This document shows positions 12,421-25,479 of a stretch of DNA of 64,000 nt, piece after piece. Source of the stretch: Octopus bimaculoides (taxonomy: Eukaryota); the NCBI RefSeq assembly GCF_001194135.2, contig NC_068995.1, positions 3,446,924 through 3,510,923 of the forward strand. Reading direction: 5' to 3'. Position numbers and translations under genes: made by a program. Below the pieces are notes generated by a model. It was not told where the DNA came from and ran no database searches. It saw only the letters and a program-made list of their open reading frames with translations. Position 1 is the stretch's first letter, and each line of letters starts with the position of its first letter.

Positions 12421-14119
12421 ACTGGTCATATCTGACCCAAATATTTTGTCTGANNNNNNNNNNNNNNNNNNNNNNNNNNNNNNNNNNNNNNNNNNNNNNN
12501 NNNNNNNNNNNNNNNNNNNNNNNNNNNNNNNNNNNNNNNNNNNNNNNNNNNNNNNNNNNNNNNNNNNNNNNNNNNNNNNNNNNNNNNNNNNNNNNNNNNN
12601 NNNNNNNNNNNNNNNNNNNNNNNNNNNNNNNNNNNNNNNNNNNNNNNNNNNNNNNNNNNNNNNNNNNNNNNNNNNNNNNNNNNNNNNNNNNNNNNNNNNN
12701 NNNNNNNNNNNNNNNNNNNNNNNNNNNNNNNNNNNNNNNNNNNNNNNNNNNNNNNNNNNNNNNNNNNNNNNNNNNNNNNNNNNNNNNNNNNNNNNNNNNN
12801 NNNNNNNNNNNNNNNNNNNNNNNNNNNNNNNNNNNNNNNNNNNNNNNNNNNNNNNNNNNNNNNNNNNNNNNNNNNNNNNNNNNNNNNNNNNNNNNNNNNN
12901 NNNNNNNNNNNNNNNNNNNNNNNNNNNNNNNNNNNNNNNNNNNNNNNNNNNNNNNNNNNNNNNNNNNNNNNNNNNNNNNNNNNNNNNNNNNNNNNNNNNN
13001 NNNNNNNNNNNNNNNNNNNNNNNNNNNNNNNNNNNNNGAGCTTTACAGAATGGAAGGATCAAGGACCGAATCTTGGAGACAAATAACAGAAAATAAAAGA
13101 TTTACTGTTTAATTCTTGAAAATAAAATACACCCCCCCCCACTACCAAAAAAAAAAAAACAAAACCACTGTATTTATTTATTTATTTTTTAAGAATATTT
13201 CCAGAAATGATTAGAAAAATTGGAATAATTTTGTTGAGATTTGTCCCTGCAGGAATGGATGTTAATAAATTCAGGCCGAAACAAAAGAAATTGTGTTAAT
13301 CTGTAAAAATAAAAAGGTTCGTTGTAATGAGTCATATATTGATCAAGTATTTGAGTATTAACACCAATAATTGCTACATGGCGTTCTTTGCGTAGAGAGG
13401 TTCTATACATCCCAACGGCAACAAAGAATCAATACTTATTGACCACTTATTTAGGAGAAATATACAATAAAGTGCAACATACATCTTATTGATACAGTGG
13501 TTACGAGAAGACTTCATTTGTTATCACTAATCAATAACTAGAGTCGCCACCCTGCACGCCACCACCACTACCACCGCTGCTCCCCCCACACCCCACCGCT
13601 ATTGACCAAATGGACTGTTTTTTTTTTGTTTTGTTAGTGAAACCAATTTTCTATCTGAACTATTTTTGGGGTATTTTATATTGAAATCATGGAAAAGGAG
13701 AAATAAAATGTGTGTTTATGTTCATGTTAAACACAAATAAATAAATAAATAATAGATAACTATACATATATATATATAAATATAAAAGTAAAAGAATAAA
13801 ACAAAAACGAACGAACAATAAAACAAACAAACAAACACAAATTAAGAATAAAAAAGAAAGGTGGAAAGTTGGTTCCCAGCCTGAAAAAAAAATAAGGAAA
13901 AAAATATCAGTAATTATACATACACACATGTATATATATATATATATACATAATACATATCATCATTTAACGCCTGTCTTCCATGCTGGTATATACATAT
14001 ACATACACACACGTGTGTGTATATATATTTGTATATATATATATATGTATGTATAAATATGTATGTGTGTGTATGTATATGTGTACATATGTATGTGCAT
14101 GCATGTGTACGTATGTATG

Positions 14120-14264
14120 TGTGGTAAGGAGCTTGGTTCCCAAGTACATGGTCTCAGGATCATTCCCTCTGCAAGTGTTGACAATAGTCCCCTTCTCAAC
14201 TAATGCCTTGTGAATGGATTTCACAGGTGAAAATCAGAAAAAGCCCATCATATATAAATGATGA

Positions 14265-14305
<41 letters not shown>

Positions 14306-14670
14306 NNNNNNNNNNNNNNNNNNNNNNNNNNNNNNNNNNNNNNNNNNNNNNNNNNNNNNNNNNNNNNNNNNNNNNNNNNNNNNNNNNNNNNNNNNNNNNN
14401 NNNNNNNNNNNNNNNNNNNNNNNNNNNNNNNNNNNNNNNNNAAAAGAAGCCTGTCATATATATATATATGTGTGTGTTTGTCCCCCACCATCGCTTGACA
14501 ACCGATGTTGGTGTGTTTACATGCCCGTAACCTAGAGGTTCGGCAACAGAGATCTGATAGAATAAGTACTAGGCTTACAAAGAATAAGTCCTGGGATCAA
14601 TTTGTTCAACTAAAGGCGGTGCTCCAGCATGGCCGCAGTCAACTGACTGAAACAAATAAAAGAATTTATA
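14120..14670 (+). mobile_element. Family B SINE spanning an N gap
   Basis: Head GTGGTAAGGAGCTTGGTTCCCAAG, internal (AT)n, tail GCTCCAGCATGGCCGCAGTC..TGACTGAAACAA. Confidence 0.75.
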
Positions 14671-15293
14671 TAGAAATAGAAAGGGTTTAGACCACTGGTG
14701 ATCCAAACTTATCGGTACACTGAGTACCCCAAGTGATAAGATACTATGATCCAAGTACATAATGGGGCTGGAGTTGGGGATCCGTAGCCTACTTCTGAGT
14801 CAGCAGAAGAGGAAGAGGAAAACAAAAGGCAGGACAGGCTTATCAGATCATTTAAATGGGTGAATTGAAGTAAGCAAAAGTGTCTTACTTCGATTCACCA
14901 TTAAAATAATTCAAATGATCTGATAAGCTTGTCCAGCCTAGATTTTGCTTTTGTCTTCCATTAATGTCTATATATGTATGTATATATCGTCTGTAAAAGA
15001 CATAAATCCAAAAGAAGAAGCACAATCTAAGATATAGAGCAGTATAGATTAAAAATTTGGAAAGCCGGTTTATGGGGTTTACCTTAGGTTGGTCTTGGGC
15101 CAACCGGGTTTGGGATCTGACAATACACCATAAAGCTAAGCCCTTTATGGAAGGGAAATCTAAGGTAATCCCCTAAACCTGCCTTCTCTATTTTTACTAT
15201 ATATATATGATGATGGACGTCCACTCGTGATCGAGGAAGACCATTGCCGACCTTCGGGAACATTGTGCGCTCTAGGACCAACTTATACTTTGC

Positions 15294-15338
<45 letters not shown>

Positions 15339-15597
15339 TATGCATTACTATCATCATCAATGTTTAATGTCTGTTTTCCATGCTGGTAAGGGGTGGATGA
15401 TTTAACAGCAGCTGACCAGCCAGAGAGCTGCCCCAGGTTCCAATTGTCTGCTGTGGCAGGGTTTCTTCAGCTGGATGCCCTTTCTAATGCCAGCCACTTT
15501 TCAGAGTATACTGGGTGTTCTTCACGTGGTACCATCGCCAGTGCTTTTCACATAGCACCATCACTAGAGTTTTTTTTACATGGTACCAGCACCACAT

Positions 15598-15659
15598 TAC
15601 AGGGTGTCCCAAAAATTTGACATCATTTCTTCTCAAATGATGTCAAATGTTTTGGGACA
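15598..15659. mobile_element. Tiny palindromic Tc1/mariner-derived element (hairpin)
   Basis: TA|CAGGGTGTCCCAAAA start. Arms 15605-15628 and 15635-15659 are reverse complements with one bulge; 6-nt loop. Confidence 0.6.
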
Positions 15660-17239
15660 TTCAGAAAGTTTTGCAGGCAGCAGTTTGCCCATGACTAAGT
15701 GTATCAGGGAAACACCAAGCTGACTGATAGGGGAAGCACCACATTGACTGATAGGTAAGCTTCCATCCACCAGTAAATACGATGACTAACTGGCGAGCCA
15801 GCCGAGCTGTGTCTTCTCTCTGTTTCTACTGCAACCATCACAACAGCCTAAGTTCATCTGAACTTATTGACTATAAATAACTTCCATTTAAAACAGCAAC
15901 ACACACACACAGAATCTGTGTCACTGTATAATTAGTTATCTTTTATCTTTTGTTACAGCTGTTGGAATGCGGCCATGCTGGAGTACCCCCTTCAAGGGTT
16001 GAGTTAAACGAATTGACCCCTTGCTTTTTTTTTCTTCTTCTTTCTTTAACGTCTGGAACTAATTCTATCGGTCTCTTTTGCAGGCTGATTAAATTAACAC
16101 ATTATATATATAAAAACATTGTAGTTCGCTTGAAGCATTGTAATAGAGAAATAGAAAAATGAGGAAAGCTTCTAACAATGCAGATATGGAAGTTGAAAAA
16201 TCTTTTTATATTTCGAGTGGAAAGGCCCATTTTCAGTATATCTATCTGTATATTTATACGCATACACGCGATGGGCTTCTTTCAGTTTCCGTCTACCAAT
16301 TCCACTCGTAAGGCTTTGGTAGGACCGCTGCTATAGAAGACACCCGCATAATGTTCAGTGTGGTGAGACTGAACTTAGAACGACATGGTTTGCCTATAGT
16401 ACTAATGCATCGTTGTTAAGACTATGTATATAGAAGTCACAATATCTTTAAGAGGTATATTTCATCGCACCATGGTACAGCAAACCCTACTTTTTTTAAA
16501 AGTAGGGTAGGAAATATATACGAACTAAACTTCACTATTTCCCCACCATAAGAGTACCCACAAAATCAACAAGTATTAGAAGGCGGCAAGAGAATAAAGA
16601 ATAGCATTTTAAATTAAATTCAAAATGATTTCTTTTTGCTTAGAGTCATGAAAAAAGAATTTGGCGCTTTTATTTTCCCAGAGGATCACGTAAGTTGTTT
16701 ACGTCGACAAAAATGAAGCTGTCATTCTGGACGTAAAGCCATAGTTTTATATACTTTTTAATTACAAATAATGAATCTTTAAATAATTATTTAATTGCAT
16801 AAACTGCCTAACGAACTCAATTAAATAAGAGCCGAACTTGTGTGCGTAAACGAAGGCTATAATTGTACCTCGAGGATCTGATATGAACCACTAAGTCATG
16901 TTATATAATTTCATCTTTCTTTTAATAATTTCATTTTCTAGGCAATCACTTTGCAGCTTCTCTTTCGACGAGGTAAACACTTTTACTTTCGTGGGTGCTC
17001 GGAAACGAAGCGCCAAGAATTTTAGAAAGCGAAGGGGTTTTATGAGATAATATCGCTTAAAAACAAACTAAATTACTACCAATAGTTTGAATATGACGTT
17101 AATGGGAAAACAGCGCCACAATGAAGTCACGAAAACTATTTTCAGTACCCTGTTTCCGTTATTTTCCAAACCGTTTTCTCCATCAAATAAAATATTTACG
17201 ACATTAATAAAGAGTTTTTGTTAAAAAAAGCCGTTGAGA

Positions 17240-17470
17240 AGCAACGTGGTTGCCAGGAGCAACAAGTTTGTTTACACAGTCAAAAGAGTTCTTACTTGTC
17301 ACGTGACGTGTAACCGGGGAAAGAATTTACGAGACCGGATGAAAGGAACGAGACCGATTCGAAAATCAGCAACAATAAAAAAAAAAATCTTCCGCTGTTA
17401 AATGAGTCTGACGCTTTGATTGGCTGAAGATGACGTCATCTGTCAACCTTCAATGAATGACGTCATCGAT
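17240..17470. promoter_or_regulatory. CpG-rich promoter-like motif cluster (X-box, palindromic E-box, CCAAT, two CRE)
   Basis: GTTGCC-AGG-AGCAAC 17249-17263; GTCACGTGAC 17298-17307; TGATTGGCT 17417-17425; TGACGTCA 17431-17438 and 17458-17465. CpG is abundant relative to the flanks. Confidence 0.7.
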
Positions 17471-17999
17471 AGATGTAATCTTAATTGCATGTCGGGGAGT
17501 GGGAAAATAGTAAGAATCAAATAATTGTAAACAGAAAAAAAATACTTCATTATTAATTTACTAACTTATCATTTCTATCAACAATCACTCAAAAAAATGT
17601 ACATTGTAGTAGACCAATGAGAAAATAATTCCAACACAAAGATTCAATTTAAATAATTTAGAATTTTATTTGCTCTACGGTCATGTTGAGCCGTTGAAAA
17701 TTCATTTTTGTGGTTTGATTTAAAATAAATATGAAAATGCAACAAGTGTTGAGGCTGTTATTTGCAAGAGCAGTGACATAAAAGCAACGAGTGTCTGCGG
17801 AGAAGAATATGAGAAAAGAGAAAATGTTTACAGGACGAATAAGGAGGAGGAAGAGGAGAAATATATTAGTGATGCTAGAATGTGAATGGATGTTATTAAA
17901 AAGTGTTGTAAGGAAGAAGAAAATACATAATAATGGAATATTTATTAATAAAGCTTGAACGACAGAAAAGAAGTTAATTACGGCGTCACTGGTCTTGTT

Positions 18000-19017
18000 A
18001 GATAAGGGCGGCGGCAGAGGAGTGCTGATGGCGGTGTGGTCGTCGTCGCCGCCGCCGCCGCACCATTGTTACTGTGTGATGACGCAGGGTGAGAGGAAGA
18101 AGAAGGTAAATGAAGAAAGGGGAAGGAAGAAGAGTGTGAGAGTGGGAGAAGGAGAGAGAGTGTAGAAGAGTGGACGAGATAAAGAGAGGGAAAGTAGAGT
18201 AAAAGATTAGAACAAGAGAAAGAGGAAAAGAAAATGAGTGAGAGATAGAGTAGAAGAAGAAATAAAGACGGAAGGCAGGATATAAGAGCGAGAGAAAGAC
18301 GGATTTAGAGGGAAAAAGAAACATTAAAATCGGAGGTTAAGAGAGAAGTGAAAGAGTGAGAGAAAAGCAAGGAAGGAAGAAAGAGAGAGGAAGAGTAAGT
18401 AAGCGAGACAGAGAGGAAGGGGAGGATAAAGGAAAAGACTAAGAGGAAGATAAAAGAAAGGAAAGAGTGAAAAGAAGTAAAGGGAGAGTGAGAGCGGGTG
18501 TAAAAGAATGACAGGAAAGACAAAATAAGGGGGGGAAAGAGTGAGAGGCAGAGTTAGGAAGGAGTGTTGGCGGCGCCGCGTTATCGCTGGGAACAACAAC
18601 GTCAGCAGCAGCAGCAGCAGTGTTGAGATGATGATGATAACGTTGATGATGATGATGATGATGATGGCAGTGGTGGAGGAGGAGGCAGTGGCTACCTGAT
18701 GAACGGAGAAGACAACAGAAGCAGCCGTGGCTGGGAATAAGGCAAGGCCCATCGCTGCTACCTCCACTTTTTTTTAAAAAACAAAAACAAAAACTGTGGT
18801 GTTTTTTTTTTTTTTTACTTTTCAACAAAAAAGAAATATTTCTTCTTTTTGTCCGCACTTTTTAAAAAACTTTCCTTAAATCTTACACAAAAAAAGGAGA
18901 AAAATAAACGAGAAGGAATTAAAAAAGACACAAACAAATATATAAAAATATAAAATTTTTTATTTAAAAGAAAAAAAAAAGGGCGAGGCGAGGCCAGTAA
19001 TATTTTTTAATTGCCAG
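18000..19017 (+). other. Putative non-coding first exon / 5' leader region of the DUSP8/16 gene
   Basis: GC/CpG-rich (GCC)n, (CAG)n, (GAT)n and polypurine tracts downstream of the promoter cluster. Candidate donors CCAG|GTAGGT at 19018 and CAGG|GTGAGA at 18089. The link to the DUSP exons is inferred. Confidence 0.4.
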
Positions 19018-20161
19018 GTAGGTGCGACCTTTCCTCTCTGTTTCTCTCTTTTTCTTCTGTATGTCACACACAACCCACATTTTATAATCATTTAGGGATC
19101 AATAGGGGTATACTATGGTTTATTACAGGGGTTTAAAATCCAAACGACAGCTGTGTTTGTCACCCGGAATCGGTTAAAGCAAAACCTAATTAAGCAGGAC
19201 ATCGGAATCTGTCTTCATCTCTGACTGCAACTGGTTGGTGTACATTTCACAGACACAGACACATAATTACTATGGGTTGTTACTTATTATTATTTTAAAA
19301 ACCATTTGCTGTCAACGATCGCTGACCCCTTTACTTACTGCTTCGTCTTGACCCCTAACTGCATAAAACACAGTACTTGAATCGTGCGATTTTAAACATA
19401 AACGAAACCCCACCCCTTTAACAGGAAAAAAAAAAGCCCTATTTCTGTTAACATCGCAGACACTTCAAAATGGATGACTAGTTTTTTTTCATCTTGCTTC
19501 CTCACTTTGCAGCCTCTTTTCCTCACTTTATTCCGCGTAAACACACGGAATTTCTACCCGAACTGGATCTGAGTTTGTTTGTAGTTTCGAAATATAATTA
19601 ACGGGTGGATTGTCGATGGGTCATTAACGGGTGGATGGGGCCGAACTGTTAAACAGAGTTGGCTGTTTTAGATCTGTGTGTATACACGCACATGGCTTGG
19701 TTGGTGTTGGGGGTAAGTTTTTCATGTGTGAACAACATTGGCATACATCTGGCCAGCTACCTCACCTCTATAGACACGTATATACATACGCATATATATA
19801 TATAGCATATATATATAATTGATGTAGATACATTTGTGTTTATGTATTCTTATATGCCAAATACAGTATATATTATGGATATATATATATCATATGTTGC
19901 ATAATTGCATATATACATACTGTGGGTTGTTTGTCTTGGCACATATATAGACACACACATATAAACACGTATTAATGTATATATGTATATATATATATAT
20001 ACCTACAATGTATATTGCATGTGTTGTATGTGTATAAATAAATTTATATACCTATATATGTAAATACACAAACATGTACATCTATATATCTCATATGTTG
20101 CATATATATATTGTGTAATACGTGTGTGTATATATATTTGAGATTGTGATTTGAGGTTGTA

Positions 20162-20194
<33 letters not shown>

Positions 20195-20829
20195 GTATCC
20201 TTTATTTATAAGGGTACATGAGTAATATGTTTAGTTTACTACAGGTAATTGTATGTGTGTGGGGGAATGTACTGAGAATCGAGCCCTCAATCTCAGATTT
20301 CCTTACTGAGAAAAATATACTTAGAATTAGTCACAACATAGAGATCTATCTATCTATCATATTTATATAATGTACTATGCGCGCGCGTATATATATATAT
20401 GTATGTATGTACTGCGTGTGTGTGTGTGTGTGAGTCATGTTGTAAACACATTTTGAGAGGTGTGTATCACAATAGCTTTCCCATGACTCAGTGTTATATA
20501 TACACACACAGACACTCGCACACAGATAACGGCAGGATTTTCAACTCTATGCACATACATACACACATGGATATATATGGTTGCTTTTATATAGTAAGGC
20601 TGGTTCTTGTAAACGCATATTTGTGAGGATATATCACCTAGATCACCGATATAGAAATGTCGACATACATATTTGCGTGTGTATATATGTGTGTGTTTTT
20701 GTGTATATAGATATGTATGTGTGTATATTGTGGATTGTTGACAAAAAGTAGTTGATGATGAAATCTTTATTGTAAATACTGTCTTAAATGAGGAATATAT
20801 ATATATACAAATATGACAGCTGTGTACAA

Positions 20830-20881
<52 letters not shown>

Positions 20882-21052
20882 GTTATGTGTGTATGTGTGT
20901 GTATATATAAACATATATATATATGTACGTGTGTTGAATTTTGTAATATATACAATTCTTTTTTGTATTGTTGATATTCATGTACAATGCAATATCATAT
21001 TGCTATATATACACTGCCATATCGCTTCATATACATATATGTACGCGCATAC

Positions 21053-21094
<42 letters not shown>

Positions 21095-21104
21095 NNNNNN
21101 NNNN

Positions 21105-21144
<40 letters not shown>

Positions 21145-22339
21145 ACTCACATTCACACAATGCTATATCATGTTGCAGTATTTATAACTATTATATTGTG
21201 TTAATGTAGCGATAGTAGTACTCAATGCTTAGTTTAAATATGTGCAGAGTCAAGCATAAGAATATAAATAGACTCTAAACATCTAAATATATTATGAACA
21301 TCGAATGTGTTTTTCAACAACATAAATCCATGTGTAACGCACATCAAAACATTCGTATGAACTTGAACGCTTTTGACGTATCCATGTTTCATATGTTACA
21401 TAAACAATCGTCAGTGGATTATCGATAGGTTTTACAATCGAATACACACCCATAGACACACGTTGCCCTGTTTGTTGAAACGATAGTTGTGTCACTATCG
21501 TGTATTGAATACTAAATTCATGAGCTATCCACTTTGATTCAACCAAATTCACTGAAGACTATAATACAGTATATATATATATATGTTATATATAGTATGT
21601 TATATTCGCGTATGTATATACTGTCTCACTGTTTGTGGACTGTTTTGTCTCCACGGTTTAACACTGGTTGTTGTGTTTAGTATGCAAATTGCGGGCAGCT
21701 TTAGGGTGGAAGCATTTATAAATTACGATAAGGATCAGAGAAATTCTCGTTAAGCTATTGGACATCTGATGAGAAATCAATTATTATATAATGATGATAA
21801 CAACAACAGTTATTATTATTGTTTCTAATTTTGGCACAAGGCCGGCAGTTTTAGGAGTAGGAGGGGTAATGTTGATTATGTTGATCCCTAGTAGTCAGCT
21901 GGTACTTACTTCATGGAACCTAGAAGGATTAAAGACAAAATAGACCTTGGCGAGATTTAAAATTAGAAAGCAAAGAACTAGAAGGAATTCCATTAAGCAT
22001 TTTATCTGACACGCTCTCGCTGCCTTAATAATAATAATGATTTCAAATTTTGTCACAAGGGCAGCCATTTTGGGGGAGATAAGATGATTACATCAACCCC
22101 AGTGTTTCTCTAGTACTTAATTTATCGACCCCCCCCCCAAAAAAAAAGGATGAAAGGCAAAGTCGACCTCGGCAGAATTTCAACTCAGAACGTAGCGACA
22201 GATGAAAATAATAACAATAATAATAATAATAATAATAATAATGTGTAAACTGACAGTGGTTTCTAACGTACTTAGTCTCTGAAATATTGCAAAACTGCAA
22301 CAAATTAGAAAACCCAGATTTGTTTAGTTTTATTCATTA

Positions 22340-22378
<39 letters not shown>

Positions 22379-23434
22379 GGAGACATAAACAAGGTCTCGG
22401 CTATTTAGGGGAAGAAAATTGGTGTACGAGCCCCAACAAGTGAGTGTTATATGGTCCCCTAACTGCTAGATGAAGCAGCAAAATCTCCTTCGAATCTCAG
22501 ACAAACAGTCTTATATAAGGCAGCATGATCATATCTGGAAGATGTTGATTATAGTTCTTGCTTGCATAACGTTGACCTGGGGCTAAACAACTAAATAACT
22601 AACTGCTGCTGCTGCTGCTGCTACTACTACTACAATAGTAAACAGCGACAACTACAACATTAATGTGGGCCTCGTGTGTCAGAAGACCTTGTAACACGAA
22701 CAGACTGATGCTGGTTGCTAACATTATTATGTTGTCTGTGATATGTCACAAGCCTGTCGTCCTTCATTGCTGCTAGCTTCACTAACCAATATCCTGACCG
22801 TCCACCACCCTCTGCTCTCCCTCCATTCATACAGTCATTGTCTTTCCTGCCTTCCTTCCCCCCCTCCTTCCTCACTATATAATATCGTCACACATAACCA
22901 TGTTACCTGCACTGTCACCATTCCTTTTCACAAACATTATTGATGGCATCTCGGTGCACATTTTTTTTTCACTTATTTTGCTCTGTTTCTACAGGCTAAC
23001 CGTTTTTATCACTTCCGTGGTGATTTTCATTTTGAAATCAATACCTCATGCCAAGCAGCCAACATATATATACACATACATACATATACACATATATATT
23101 TGTGATTACAATTCTCTGTGTGTATATGAACATTTCATTCAATAGGGGCAGCTATCGCTCAGTAGGAACCACCATTAACGCTTCCAGTATAAGCTTCTAC
23201 TTAATTCATCTTTATCAAGCTTATTGCAGCTTGTTGCAACATTCTAGACGTGCATCTAGTCTTTACCTGGTCTTAATTTGCAGAAATTACCCTGATTTTG
23301 TTGGGGTTTTTTTTTTGTGTATTTTGTTTTGGTTTCTTTTCTTCATAGAAAATTAGGTTTGTAATTCTTAAGATTTGGAAATATTTATCAGTTGAAATAT
23401 CTGTGCATAATATATAATTTGGAAAGTTTCATAT

Positions 23435-23506
<72 letters not shown>

Positions 23507-23751
23507 NNNNNNNNNNNNNNNNNNNNNNNNNNNNNNNNNNNNNNNNNNNNNNNNNNNNNNNNNNNNNNNNNNNNNNNNNNNNNNNNNNNNNNNNNNNNNN
23601 NNNNNNNNNNNNNNNNNNNNNNNNNNNNNNNNNNNNNNNNNNNNNNNNNNNNNNNNNNNNNNNNNNNNNNNNNNNNNNNNNNNNNNNNNNNNNNNNNNNN
23701 NNNNNNNNNNNNNNNNNNNNNNNNNNNNNNNNNNNNNNNNNNNNNNNNNNN

Positions 23752-23792
<41 letters not shown>

Positions 23793-25479
23793 TGTGTGTG
23801 ACTGTATACTTATATACATGTGTATATGTATGCGTGTGCATGTGTGTGTACATGAGCCGGTGAATTAGCGGAGTTGTTAAACTTGAGAGAGAACACCTCG
23901 CCATATTTGTTCTTGAAACTCTTCACTCTCAGCTCAAATCCAGCTGAAGTCACTATCGTCTTCTCTCTCAGGACCGATAGCAGAGTGCCAGTCCTGAGAT
24001 GCGGATTGATTGAGTTGTAGAGATGTCGGAATGGATGCAAGGAGATTTAATCACTCAGGACTTTAGATGGGGTCCCAGTTTAGTGGAGTCTGGTTGTTAT
24101 GGTGGATAGAATTTTCTTACACTGACCATGGTTTCAGTTTTTTCAAATTAATTTAATGTTTAATTAACCAACATTGTAGAGTCTGTTTTTAATTTCATTT
24201 CATTCTATTCAATTGCCATTATTAGATTGGTCTAATAAAGAGTAGTTTAATATATATTTGTTTGTTTATATTTTAATTTCATTTGGCATCCTGGGGTTTC
24301 CGATGTAATCTTTTCTGTTCCTGGCTGGTCACATAGTTTTAGTTTCTTTGCTAGTTGTTGGTTTGTAAAAGTGCATACTGTTATATTGACTCTGTTTCAT
24401 TACAAGTACATGTTTGTGTTTTAGTCATTATGTTAGTATTTCTCAAGCAGTGTTTAAATACATTTCCTTATGCTGTTGACAACATTTGATTGATTGGTAC
24501 TTGTTAGTGTCAAAACCACAATGATTTCTGATGGAGCAGCTGATGATGGAATGTCTCTATTTAGATAAGTTTTGTTGTCATTGTATTATATAGTTGTTTG
24601 TACATTCCTCTTCTTTTACATTTCCATTTTTTCTTTGTTTATTCTTTGGTGTAGTTCAGCATATCACTGTTACCCTTCTTTGCCATCCTACATGTAAGGT
24701 TCTTCCAATGTCTTGTATGGGTCTAGGTTTAGTTGCACTTGTTTCTGTTAGCCATTATTTCACTTTATTGTTCAGGGATTATATGAGTCATATACCTAAT
24801 TAGATCTAGATGAAGCTTTTAGTTCATTATTACTGTCAGTTTGTCAGGAATTTAGTGATTACAGGAGTAATTAGGTTAGACATTCACTCGTAATTACATT
24901 ATGATGGATATGTGACTCACACCTACATACACATGCATAAATACATGTGTTTGGTGTAATTATTTATGCATACATGTGGATAAATAAGCATTGCATTTGA
25001 CAGGGTAATTCTGAGTCCTAAAGGGTTAAGCCATACAAAAGTAGAGTTATTTCCATACATTTCTGTATTTCCTCAGAAGTGAGGGTCATGTCCTTGGTGT
25101 TAGTAAAATGTCCCCTGTATTGCACATCTCTATTTGATTGCCATCCACTTTACCTAGTGCTATGGGTGCATTTTATCATTATACCCCTGTTGTGTTGGTT
25201 CTACGATAAGATGCACTTTGACCTGTGTGTATAGTGAACGATGATGATGATGACGATGATGGAATGGAAAGAGTGTAGGTTAATGAGGATCCTTTACTTG
25301 CATCATGGACCTGACAGCCTCTCTAGTGCTGGTGCCATGATAAAACACACCCAGTACGTTGTGCACTGTCTTTGGTGGTATGAAGGCCATCCAGTTGTAT
25401 AAACTGTGCCAGACATGGGACATGGGAGCAACAAATATGTTTCTGACCCCACATAGGGTAGTAACTCTGACTAAGGATT

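Noticed and set aside
13189-13410. ORF containing RHVAIIGVN as the SWSAP1 beta-strand before Walker A
   Set aside because: No suitable donor after the motif; similarity too short.
16703-16725. Minus-strand mini-exon ATG...AC|gtaaac (MTASFLST) that is phase-compatible with the SWSAP1 exon
   Set aside because: Weak donor and no homology support; could easily be chance.
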